64,000 bases of DNA from Acidobacteriota bacterium (GTDB lineage Bacteria; Acidobacteriota; Polarisedimenticolia; Polarisedimenticolales; JAIQFR01), in NCBI GenBank assembly GCA_041494445.1, contig JBGQAU010000005.1:4030-68029 (forward strand), read 5' to 3'. The notes under the pieces were generated by a model, which made no database searches, was not told the DNA's origin, and was given only the letters and a program-made list of their open reading frames with translations. Every line of letters begins with the position of its first letter. Position 1 is the stretch's first letter. The position numbers and the translations under genes are program-made. Below are positions 18,156-25,397 of this stretch, piece after piece.

Positions 18156-18415
18156 GAGGGAATCCCCCCGGGGATCCTGACGTGCCTCGCTCTCCCGACC
18201 TCGCGCCCGCACCGCGCGCACCGGCCGGCCGCGTCCAGCTCCACGTCGGCCGCCTCGCGCACTGAGTAGGCTTCAGGGAGGCCGGTCGCGGCGACGGGTA
18301 CCGGCGTACCGTCCGAGAGGAGAACGACGAACGGGACGGCGCCGGGCGCCTGACACGGGCAAGCGTTGCCGCCGAGGCGCCGTTCAATCGAGTCAAGGCG
18401 TGATCGGACTCTCAT
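18152..18415 (-). CDS. Small Cys-motif protein (87 aa), paralogue A
   Basis: MRVRSRLDSIERRLGGNACPCQAPG...GRCARCGREV, i.e. CxC...CxxC. Same N-terminal RL-x2-hE-x-(R/H)h heptad as paralogue B. ATGA overlaps on both sides. Confidence 0.5.
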   Translation of the reverse strand: MRVRSRLDSIERRLGGNACPCQAPGAVPFVVLLSDGTPVPVAATGLPEAYSVREAADVELDAAGRCARCGREVGRARHVRIPGGIPS

Positions 18416-18831
18416 CGTTGCTCCCCTTGTGCCAACCGCGCCTCAAGCGCGTCGAGCCGGGTTTCAAGGATCGCCAGCTCGTGAATACGGACCATGCTTT
18501 CCAGAACCGTTCGGCACGCCCCAAGCGCAACGGGCTCGTTCGCGGAGGACACGAGCTGAGTGAGGCGGGCAAGAACAGCGTCCGCGAGCCCGGCGAGCCC
18601 GGCCGCCGTCACCGCGAGGCTTCGACCGCGGACCCGGTTCAACTGCTCCCGGAACGCGGGATCGCGCATCCGGCGCGCGACGGTGCGGGGCGAGACCCCG
18701 GCCGCCACCGCTGCTTCCGCCCACGTGGCCCCGGTCGCGAGCGCCGTCAAGAGCGCCTGTTCGCCGGGGGCTCCGGGTCCTCTACGCGCCACGTGACACC
18801 TCCGGCCCCCCGTGGACGCCTGGACGGACAC
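18412..18831 (-). CDS. HTH DNA-binding protein (139 aa), island; possibly small-terminase-like or regulator
   Basis: GTG 18831. LLTALATGATWAEAAVAAGVSPRTVARRMRDPAFREQL is an HTH, followed by a helical C-terminus ending ILETRLDALEARLAQGEQR. Lies directly downstream of the ori. Confidence 0.55.
   Translation of the reverse strand: MSVQASTGGRRCHVARRGPGAPGEQALLTALATGATWAEAAVAAGVSPRTVARRMRDPAFREQLNRVRGRSLAVTAAGLAGLADAVLARLTQLVSSANEPVALGACRTVLESMVRIHELAILETRLDALEARLAQGEQR
18813..18831 (+). repeat. Island motif copy 5 (TGGAC-GCCTGG-ACGGACAC), overlapping the start codon of the 139-aa HTH gene
   Basis: Read directly from cgtggacgcctggacggacacc. The terminal CAC is the reverse complement of the GTG start. 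Confidence 0.7.
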
Positions 18832-18973
18832 CGGCGCGCCCGGGCTCCTGGCCGGTTCGTGGCGCCGCCGTTTCTCGTGGGGAGCATCGGCCCGTTGAGC
18901 GCATGGGGCGCGGTTGCCACGAGTCCGGGCGGCCCCCCGGAGCCCTAGCGGGGGGGGCCGCCTCGTGGCGGTG

Positions 18974-19108
18974 GAGGTCGTGTGCGGTCGTGCTGCGGTC
19001 GTGCGGTCGTACCGTCGTACAACAACCGCATTTTTCTTTAAGGGGTGCAGCAGTCGTCATTCAGGCTCCCATATCCGCCGTGCAGTCGTTTGCGGTCGTT
19101 GCGGTCGT
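18974..19108 (+). repeat. Iteron cluster with central AT-rich spacer: candidate origin of replication of the island
   Basis: Same-orientation copies of GC(G/A)GTCGT: GAGGTCGT 18974, GCGGTCGT 18984, 18995 and 19003 (the last two tandem), CCGTCGT 19012. AT-rich patch catttttctttaa at about 19029-19041. Then GCAGTCGT 19050 and 19082, GCGGTCGT 19092 and 19101. Abuts and overlaps the 3' end of the helicase gene. Confidence 0.6.
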
Positions 19109-20556
19109 GGGCTCCCGGTGAGGAAGTACCGCATCTGTTTGCCGTCCTTCCGGCGTTCGATCCGACCTCGCTTTCGGAGCGCCCCGAGGGCGCCATCCGC
19201 CGCCCGCTCGGAGTACCCAGAGCGGCCGATGATCTCGCCCCGAAGGAGCCCCGAGCCGGCGGCCTCCTCCAACAAGGCAACGATGGAGTCCTGCACGCGA
19301 TCCGAGGCGCGGTCCACGTTCCCGGCGTACTCCACGCGGACGGGACCGTTATCCTCCGCGTCCGGTTCCAGCCCGGTCAGTTCCAGGAGGAACGGTGCCG
19401 GGAGCGCGGAGTGTCTGGTTTTCGTCGGGATCAGCGCGAGCCGTTCTTGCCGGCGTTCAAGGCCGAAGTGCGCGTCTGCCCTGTTTCGCTTGTCGAGGCT
19501 GCCCCGAAGCGCCTGGTCCGGTGCGTCGAGGTCCGGTTCTCCCGTTACTTTTCGCGTGTGGTCGGTGAGGATGATCCCGCACCCCAGCTCGACGCGGAGC
19601 GGGTCAAGCGCCTGAGTGAACACGGCCGAGATATCTTCGGACGTGTTCTCACGCGCGGTCGTCGCGCGGCGGAAGCTGTCCACGATCAGGAACTCAGTCC
19701 GCCACTCACCGAGGCTCGCGATCAGTCGGCCGAGGCTCTTGGGGTCGTCCAGTTGCAGCCGGCACCGAATGAGCTGGACTCGCCCCGCGAGTTTCTCCGC
19801 GGTGATCTCTTCGCCGAGCGCGAGTCGTTGCAGGCGGCCGTCCGTTTCCCACGGCCGCGATTCGAGGTCGAGGATCGCGACGCGGTAGGGCCGCGTCACC
19901 TCGAAACGGCCCCAGAGCGTTCGACCCGTCGCGAGGCTCAGACTCGCCGAAAGCACGAGCCAGCTTTTTCCGATTCCGCCGGGACCCGTTACCAGAACAA
20001 CGTCACCTTCGGCGATGGCCTCGCGAGCGGCCCACGGGACCGGCGGGGTCGGTCGTGGGAGCACGTCGGCCGCGTCCTCGGCTGGGAGGAGCGCGGCGCC
20101 GGCGCCGAGGCGGATCGCGCCGAGAGCGTCACGCGCGACCCCGAGGAGCGCCGACAGCTCGACGTCGGTTGTCCCGTTCGCCGCGGCCTCCGTGATCTCG
20201 GCGCCGATGCGTACCGCGTCGCGGCGGTGCGCCCGGTCGCGGACGATCCGGGCATACGCTTCCGCGTTCCTGGAATGGGGACACGCGGAGTCGAGGTCGG
20301 CGACATACGCGGGGCCGCCGGCCGCTTCCAGCTCGTGCGTCCGTTCCAGCTCTGAGCAGACGGTGCGGAGGTCGAGCGGGCCGCCGGCGTCTGCTACGGA
20401 CAGGAACGCGCGCCAGATGATGCGGTGTGGCCCGACGTAGAAATGCGAGTCCGAGAGGATCGCGCGGGCCGCATCGAACGCTTCACGCGAGAGCAGCGCG
20501 GCGCCGAGGACAGCGCGCTCAGCGTCGCGATCGTGGGGGAGCGCGCCGGGGATCAT
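19057..20556 (-). CDS. Replicative helicase-like protein: DnaB N-terminal domain + RecA/RepA-type (AAA_25-like) ATPase + C-terminal winged-helix
   Basis: From ATG 20556. LPHDRDAERAVLGAALLSREAF...HRIIWRAFLSVADAGGPLDLRTV...GGPAYVADL parallels the host DnaB N-terminus at 46274. Walker A VVLVTGPGGIGKSWL, Walker B EFLIVDSF. C-terminus LLRGEIIGRSGYSERAADGALGALRKRGRIERR is wHTH-like. The upstream 151 codons of the track ORF overlap other genes. Confidence 0.85.
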   Translation of the reverse strand: MIPGALPHDRDAERAVLGAALLSREAFDAARAILSDSHFYVGPHRIIWRAFLSVADAGGPLDLRTVCSELERTHELEAAGGPAYVADLDSACPHSRNAEAYARIVRDRAHRRDAVRIGAEITEAAANGTTDVELSALLGVARDALGAIRLGAGAALLPAEDAADVLPRPTPPVPWAAREAIAEGDVVLVTGPGGIGKSWLVLSASLSLATGRTLWGRFEVTRPYRVAILDLESRPWETDGRLQRLALGEEITAEKLAGRVQLIRCRLQLDDPKSLGRLIASLGEWRTEFLIVDSFRRATTARENTSEDISAVFTQALDPLRVELGCGIILTDHTRKVTGEPDLDAPDQALRGSLDKRNRADAHFGLERRQERLALIPTKTRHSALPAPFLLELTGLEPDAEDNGPVRVEYAGNVDRASDRVQDSIVALLEEAAGSGLLRGEIIGRSGYSERAADGALGALRKRGRIERRKDGKQMRYFLTGSPRPQRPQTTARRIWEPE

Positions 20557-20774
20557 GCTGCACCGCCGATCCGCTCCGCAGGCCGATGCACGTCCACGGA
20601 AACCCGCGTCCGCCTCGCGTTTCCTCGGCTGCGTTTCGCCGGATGTCCGTCCACGAGCCCGAGACGCAGTTGGGCCGCGCGTTCGGTAAGTCTGAGGATG
20701 CCATCCGTATCGAGCCGATCCGCGGACCGCAGGAGAACCGCGAGCAGCTCCGCGCGGAGCGTCGCGGCGGTCAT
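20553..20774 (-). CDS. Hypothetical protein (73 aa), island
   Basis: ATGA overlaps with both neighbours and co-oriented. No motif. Confidence 0.4.
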   Translation of the reverse strand: MTAATLRAELLAVLLRSADRLDTDGILRLTERAAQLRLGLVDGHPAKRSRGNARRTRVSVDVHRPAERIGGAA

Positions 20775-21061
20775 GGCCGGGCCTCGGCGGCCACCGGGGC
20801 ATCGGCGGGGTGGATGATGTTGAGGTGGTACAGGTACTTGTGCGGGCCGAACGACACGAGCCCCTGTGTCCGCCGGATCTCGCGAAGGGTCCCCCTCGCG
20901 TCCCGGTGCTGAAGTGAAACGACGCGGACGCAGCCGACCCGGCCCACGAGCGGCGCGAGCTGCTCTCGCTTGCGCCTGGTCCGCTCGTTCTCTTCGGCTC
21001 GCGCCTCATCGTGGGTGACGCGCAGTCGCTCTAACCTAGCCTCAAGGTCTCTGAGGTTCAT
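20771..21061 (-). CDS. Hypothetical protein (96 aa), island
   Basis: MNLRDLEARLERLRVTHDEARAEENERTRRKREQ... (coiled-coil N-terminus). ATGA overlaps on both sides. Confidence 0.45.
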   Translation of the reverse strand: MNLRDLEARLERLRVTHDEARAEENERTRRKREQLAPLVGRVGCVRVVSLQHRDARGTLREIRRTQGLVSFGPHKYLYHLNIIHPADAPVAAEARP

Positions 21062-21684
21062 GGCCGCACCTCAACGGCCGGGCGCCGAGGACGCCACGAG
21101 GCAAGCCACCGCAAGGCAGCCTCGCGCGGGATCGCGAGCCGCGGCATTGCCGGGTTGCCGTCCTTGATGACCGAGAGTCGGCCGCGCCGGATCGCGCTGT
21201 AGATCGTCGGGAGCGCGGGCGCGGGTGGCCGGGTTACGGCTTGGAGCTGTTCGGGAGTGAAACTCGGGAAGGGCGGGAGTGGTGGGGGTGGGTCGGAGTC
21301 GCCGGTACTTGGGCCGTCGCGAGTCGTGGACGCACGGGACGCGCCAGCGGTGCACCGGGCTTGCCGATGCGCTCCACGGGGCCGCGCTACGCGCTGGACG
21401 GGCCTCCTGGTGCGGAGCGCCGTCCAGCGGGCGAGGCGGACGGCCCGGGACTCTCTCAGGAGCACGGCCGGAAGAACGATCCGCCGTCGCCGCTCCGGCC
21501 GGGTGAACTCGTAGGACCGCTTCAACCGCTCGACGGTTTCAAGGCTCGCCTTGGCCGCCGCGGTCTCGCCGCGCCGGGCGAATCCTTCGGCACGGGCCTG
21601 GTACCGCTTGATGTCTGTCGCGAGGTCCGAGCGTGTGAGCCGCGACCCGACCCCCACGCCGTGCTGAAAGACGAGGATTGCCAC
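21058..21684 (-). CDS. Excisionase-like (MerR/HTH_17-type) DNA-binding protein with N-terminal extension (208 aa)
   Basis: GTG 21684 with GAGGAGG 6 nt upstream. C-terminus LPTIYSAIRRGRLSVIKDGNPAMPRLAIPREAALRWL resembles Xis/AlpA-type HTH. Pro-rich linker. Confidence 0.55.
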   Translation of the reverse strand: MAILVFQHGVGVGSRLTRSDLATDIKRYQARAEGFARRGETAAAKASLETVERLKRSYEFTRPERRRRIVLPAVLLRESRAVRLARWTALRTRRPVQRVARPRGAHRQARCTAGASRASTTRDGPSTGDSDPPPPLPPFPSFTPEQLQAVTRPPAPALPTIYSAIRRGRLSVIKDGNPAMPRLAIPREAALRWLASWRPRRPAVEVRP

Positions 21685-21696
21685 GGTGGTCCTCCT

Positions 21697-21822
21697 CTAC
21701 TCGCCGAGTGCCGATGCGATCAAGCGCCGCACCAGGCTCGACAAGGAGCGGTCCTCGGCTCGGGCGCGTGCCTCAAGCAGGGCCTTGATTTCGTGCGGGA
21801 CAGTCACGTTGAGCGCGGTCAT
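21697..21822 (-). CDS. Ribbon-helix-helix (CopG/Arc-type) protein, 41 aa
   Basis: ATG 21822 with AAAGGAGG 8 nt upstream: MTALNVTVPHEIKALLEARARAEDRSLSSLVRRLIASALGE (beta-strand, helix, helix). First gene of the island operon. Confidence 0.5.
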   Translation of the reverse strand: MTALNVTVPHEIKALLEARARAEDRSLSSLVRRLIASALGE

Positions 21823-21861
21823 CGAGTCTGCCTCCTTTCGTGAAGGGTTTGTCATGAACGA

Positions 21862-21891
21862 ACAGTAACGCCGACGCGCCGCCATTGTCAA
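21862..21891 (-). promoter_or_regulatory. Candidate promoter of the island operon
   Basis: Minus strand reads TTGACA (21891..21886), 18 nt, TACTGT (21867..21862), about 40 nt upstream of the RHH start. AGTG-N6-CACT dyad just upstream. Hexamers only. Confidence 0.35.
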
Positions 21892-21971
21892 GAGTGATTC
21901 AACACTTTGGCAGCCCGCCGGCTGCACCACTACCACACAGCCACGGGACCCCGCGAGACCGGGCGCCGCGT

Positions 21972-21990
21972 GTGTCCGTTTTCTGTCCGT
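21972..21990 (-). repeat. Island motif copy 6 (CGGAC-AGAAA-ACGGACAC read on minus strand), right terminus
   Basis: Plus strand reads gtgtccgttttctgtccgt. Same orientation as copy 1. N5 spacer instead of N6. Confidence 0.7.
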
Positions 21991-22060
21991 CCGCTGCGTA
22001 ACTATGCGTCCGGGGTGCTGATGTTTCGGGAATGCGCGTGATCGGCCCGAAACCCCCTGA

Positions 22061-22100
22061 TAAACGAAAAGCGCGGCGAGCCGTGAAACCCGCCGCGCTT
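22061..22100 (-). terminator. Rho-independent terminator downstream of the carboxyltransferase gene
   Basis: Minus-strand RNA reads AAGCGCGGCG-ggguuucacggc-CGCCGCGCUU (10-bp perfect stem; arms at 22069-22078 and 22091-22100), followed by UUUCGUUUA. Second hairpin GTTTCGGG/CCCGAAAC at 22023-22053. Confidence 0.6.
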
Positions 22101-22151
22101 CACTGTCAAAGTTATGCTTATCGAGACAATGGGCTCCGCTCGTTCATCTTC

Positions 22152-23876
22152 TCACCCCGCGAGGACCGACAGATCGTGCAACGACCAGATCCGAGGGTTC
22201 TTCACCCGCCGGTAGCCGATCGACTGGTACGCCATGGCGACCGCGGACTCGATCCAGAGCCTAAGCTCCCCGGGGCGGACGATCTCGTCCACGTCCATGC
22301 GGGAGGCGGCGAGCACCGGGTCCATGTCGCGGCTGATGCGCGCCTCGACCGCCTCCATGCCTCTCCGGGTCTCTTCCGCCTCCTCGGGGGTCTTCGCCAC
22401 GATGTTGAAGTGGTCGTCGAGCTTCGCGTTGTAGGCCCCGATCGCCAGCGTCTTCCCCTCCATCACGGCGAGCCGCGTCATCGGGGTCGCGAGCTGGAGC
22501 ACTGGCCGATACGGAAGCCCCGAGAGGGCGTAGTACCCCGCTCCCGACGCCTTCCGCAGGAGCACCGTGAACATCGGCACGGCGTTGGCCGAGTTCGTGT
22601 AGATCAGGCTCGACCCGTAGCCGAGAAGCCCCTCCCGCTCGGCCTCGGGGCCGATGTCGAAGCCGGAGATGTCCTGGAGCCAGATGATCGGGATCCCGTC
22701 GTCGTTCAGCGCGCGGGAGAACTGCGAGACCTTGGCAATCCCCTCCCGATAGAGGATCCCTCCCGGGCGCTTCGCGTCGCGCTTCACGGGATCGTCCGTC
22801 AGGAGCGGATTGTTCGCGATGAACCCGGCATAGAGGCCGCCCACCCTCCCCACGCCGCAGATCATCTCGGGACCCACCCCGGGAAGCACTTCCCAGAACA
22901 GCGAGTGGTCGACGAGCCGCGCCAGGACATGGCGCATCTCGAACCCCATGCGGTGATCGACGGGAAACAGGCCCTCCAGCTCCGATGGCGGATACGCGGG
23001 GGGCGCCGGGTCGGCGCCGTAACGGTAGTACTCCCAGGCGGGACTCGGGAGCTTCGCCACCTCCGCGCGCAGCCGGTCGAGGAGCACCGCGTCGTCGGGA
23101 ACCCGGTGGTCGGCGCAGCGGCTCTGATGGACGTGGACGTCGGGCCCGCCGATGGACAGCGACGTGATCTTCTGCGACTTGCCCCCCTTCACCAGGGCGG
23201 CGCCCGCGATCACCATGTAGGCCTGCTCGGTCATGTAGACCACGTCGCTGATGATCGGCATGTAGCCGCCGCCCGCGATGCAGTCGCCGTGAACCCCGGC
23301 GATCTGGGGCACCCCCGCCGCCGAGAGGAGCGCGTTCATCCGGAAGATCCCGCCGGCGCCGGTGCGGCCGGGGAAGGTCTGCGACTGCTCCGGAAGGAAG
23401 AGCCCCGACGAGTCCACGAGGTAGATCACCGGGAGGCGGAGGCTGAGGGCCGCTTCCTGCGCCCGCTGGATCTTCTCGGGCGTCCGCGGCCACCACGACC
23501 CGGACGCCACCGTGTTGTCGTTGGCGATCACCACCACCCATCGGCCGTGGACGCGGACGAACGCGGTCACCACCCCCGCGCCCGGGGACGTCCTCGCGTC
23601 CTCGCCGAAGGTCCGCCCCCAGTTCACCAGGGTGCCGATGGGAAGCACCGGACTGTCGGAGTCCTTGAGCCGCTCCACCCGCTCCCAGGTCGGCAGCTTC
23701 CCCTTCTCGCGGACCCTGGCCTCGTACTTCGGACCCCAACCGGCCCGCACCGCCGCTCGCTTGCTTTCCAGCGCGCGCCCTTGCTCTTCCGCCGCATCGC
23801 ACTGCGCCCGCCACACGTCGTCTCGGAGGAAACGCTCGTGCGGCTCGCCGATCGGCTCCAGGATCACCTTGGCCAC
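22152..23876 (-). CDS. Acyl-CoA carboxylase carboxyltransferase subunit (fused CT, GcdA/MccB-like)
   Basis: 574 aa from GTG 23876 (G-rich RBS, 11 nt after the accC stop). [16 protein letters not shown]..., [54 protein letters not shown], close in layout to glutaconyl-/methylcrotonyl-CoA CT subunits as I recall them. Confidence 0.9.
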   Translation of the reverse strand: MAKVILEPIGEPHERFLRDDVWRAQCDAAEEQGRALESKRAAVRAGWGPKYEARVREKGKLPTWERVERLKDSDSPVLPIGTLVNWGRTFGEDARTSPGAGVVTAFVRVHGRWVVVIANDNTVASGSWWPRTPEKIQRAQEAALSLRLPVIYLVDSSGLFLPEQSQTFPGRTGAGGIFRMNALLSAAGVPQIAGVHGDCIAGGGYMPIISDVVYMTEQAYMVIAGAALVKGGKSQKITSLSIGGPDVHVHQSRCADHRVPDDAVLLDRLRAEVAKLPSPAWEYYRYGADPAPPAYPPSELEGLFPVDHRMGFEMRHVLARLVDHSLFWEVLPGVGPEMICGVGRVGGLYAGFIANNPLLTDDPVKRDAKRPGGILYREGIAKVSQFSRALNDDGIPIIWLQDISGFDIGPEAEREGLLGYGSSLIYTNSANAVPMFTVLLRKASGAGYYALSGLPYRPVLQLATPMTRLAVMEGKTLAIGAYNAKLDDHFNIVAKTPEEAEETRRGMEAVEARISRDMDPVLAASRMDVDEIVRPGELRLWIESAVAMAYQSIGYRRVKNPRIWSLHDLSVLAG

Positions 23877-23887
23877 GTTCCCCCCCC

Positions 23888-25246
23888 CTACCCCGTGAGC
23901 CCGCTCCGCTCCAGGAACTGGACGTCGTACCCGCCGCGCGCGAATTCCGGGTGCTCGAGGATCGCCCGGTGGAGCGGGATCGTGGTGCGCACTCCCTCGA
24001 TGCGCAGGCTCGCCAGCGCGATCTTCGCCGCCTCGATCGCGCGCGGCCGGTCCGCGGCGTGCACGATCAGCTTGCCCACCATCGAGTCGTAGTTCGGCGG
24101 AATCCGATACCCCTGGCGCACCGCGGAGTCCCAGCGCACCCGGGTCCCGGGCCCGGCGGCCGTGGGCGGCTCGAACGCGATGATCGTGCCGGGATCCGGC
24201 CGGAACCCATTCGCCGGATCTTCCGCGTTGATGCGAAGCTCGATGGCATGCCCCGCGAAGGTCACGTCCTCCTGACGCAGACGGAGCGGGTGCAAAGCGG
24301 CCAGGCGAATCTGCTCCACGACCAGGTCGACCCCCGTGACCATCTCGGTGACCGGGTGCTCCACCTGGAGCCGCGCGTTCATCTCCATGAAGAACAGCGA
24401 GCCGTCGGCGGCGCGGAGGAACTCCACCGTGCCCGCGTTGCGATAGCCGAGGGACGCCACGGCGTGAGCCACGCGCTCGCCGATCGAGACCCGCGTGGGA
24501 GCGTCCATGACCGGGGAGGGCGATTCCTCGAGAAGCTTCTGATGATGCCTCTGAATCGAGCACTCGCGCTCGCCGAGATGAATCCCCTTTCCGAACGCGT
24601 CGCAGAGCACCTGGAACTCGACGTGGCGCCCCCCGTCGATGTACTTCTCGAGGTAGAGGCCCCCGTTGCCGAAGGCCTTCTCCGCCTCGAGCGCCGCCTC
24701 GCCGAAAGCGCGATCGAGATCGCCCTCGCCCGCGCACAGGCGCATCCCGCGCCCGCCCCCTCCGGCCACGGCCTTGAGCAGGACGGGATAGCCGATCCGG
24801 GCGGCCTCGGACCGCGCATCCTCGAGGCCCGTGAGGACGCCGTCGCTCCCGGGAATCGTGGGGACGCCCGCGGCCGCGAGGGTGCGTTTCGCCTCGACCT
24901 TGTCCCCCACCCTCCGGATCGCCGCGGGACCCGGCCCGATGAACGTGATCCCCTGCTGCTCCGCCCGTGCGGCGAAGACCGCGTTCTCCGCGAGGAAGCC
25001 GTATCCGGGGTGGACGGCCTGGCAGCCGGTCTGCTCGGCGGCTTGCAGGATCGACCCCGCGTCGAGGTAGGACCGGTCGGCGCGCGCCGGTCCGATGCAG
25101 ACCGTGGCGTCCGCCTCGGCGAGCCAGGGGCCGTCGCGGTCCGCCTCCGAGAAGACGGCCACGGTCTCGATTCCGAGCCCCTTCGCGGCGCGGATCACCC
25201 GGAGCGCGATCTCCCCCCGGTTGGCGACCAGGATCCTCCGGAACAC
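23888..25246 (-). CDS. accC: Biotin carboxylase
   Basis: 452 aa from GTG 25246 (GGGGGAG RBS): [26 protein letters not shown]...[10 protein letters not shown]...GGGGRGMR...[14 protein letters not shown]. Confidence 0.92.
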   Translation of the reverse strand: MFRRILVANRGEIALRVIRAAKGLGIETVAVFSEADRDGPWLAEADATVCIGPARADRSYLDAGSILQAAEQTGCQAVHPGYGFLAENAVFAARAEQQGITFIGPGPAAIRRVGDKVEAKRTLAAAGVPTIPGSDGVLTGLEDARSEAARIGYPVLLKAVAGGGGRGMRLCAGEGDLDRAFGEAALEAEKAFGNGGLYLEKYIDGGRHVEFQVLCDAFGKGIHLGERECSIQRHHQKLLEESPSPVMDAPTRVSIGERVAHAVASLGYRNAGTVEFLRAADGSLFFMEMNARLQVEHPVTEMVTGVDLVVEQIRLAALHPLRLRQEDVTFAGHAIELRINAEDPANGFRPDPGTIIAFEPPTAAGPGTRVRWDSAVRQGYRIPPNYDSMVGKLIVHAADRPRAIEAAKIALASLRIEGVRTTIPLHRAILEHPEFARGGYDVQFLERSGLTG

Positions 25247-25397
25247 CTTTCTCCCCCTTCGAAACGGCCGAGAGAGTCTAACCGGGGTCGCTCCCGCAGG
25301 CAATCTCTCGGCCTGTCGGAGTTCATTCCGATCCGCTACACTGACGTCCCTTCCCAACGCGTGCCCGCCGGCCACGGACCGCGGGAGGAGAGCGAAG

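Larger units (their letters stand above)
13408..21990. mobile_element. Integrative element (~8.6 kb): int, xis-like, rep helicase + iteron ori, regulators, orphan genes; no virion or transfer genes; boundaries approximate
   Basis: Tyrosine integrase at the left end. 16 co-oriented tightly coupled ORFs. Iteron/AT-rich origin beside a DnaB-N/RecA-type helicase. Motif TGGAC-N6-ACGGACAC at both ends in the same orientation. One low-GC counter-oriented cargo gene. Flanked by host genes of one pathway (BCCP-like on the left, carboxyltransferase + accC on the right). att cores not resolved. Confidence 0.75.

Noticed and set aside
18974-19108. CRISPR array
   Set aside because: The repeats are only 8-9 bp, partly directly tandem, without unique spacers of 25-40 bp, and no cas genes are present. 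Interpreted as iterons.
13408-21990. Complete prophage
   Set aside because: At 8.6 kb it is too small, and I can see no capsid, portal, large terminase, tail or lysis signatures. It is treated as a satellite or integrative-replicative element candidate instead.
22032-24092. Long antisense ORFs: 22032..24092, 725..2569 (5' part), 27469..29676, 39488..41722, 44051..46231, 46301..47869, 58147..60285, 6637..8346, 53791..55233 and others
   Set aside because: Each lies opposite a gene with unambiguous family motifs. The translations are low-complexity R/P/G/A strings without motifs.
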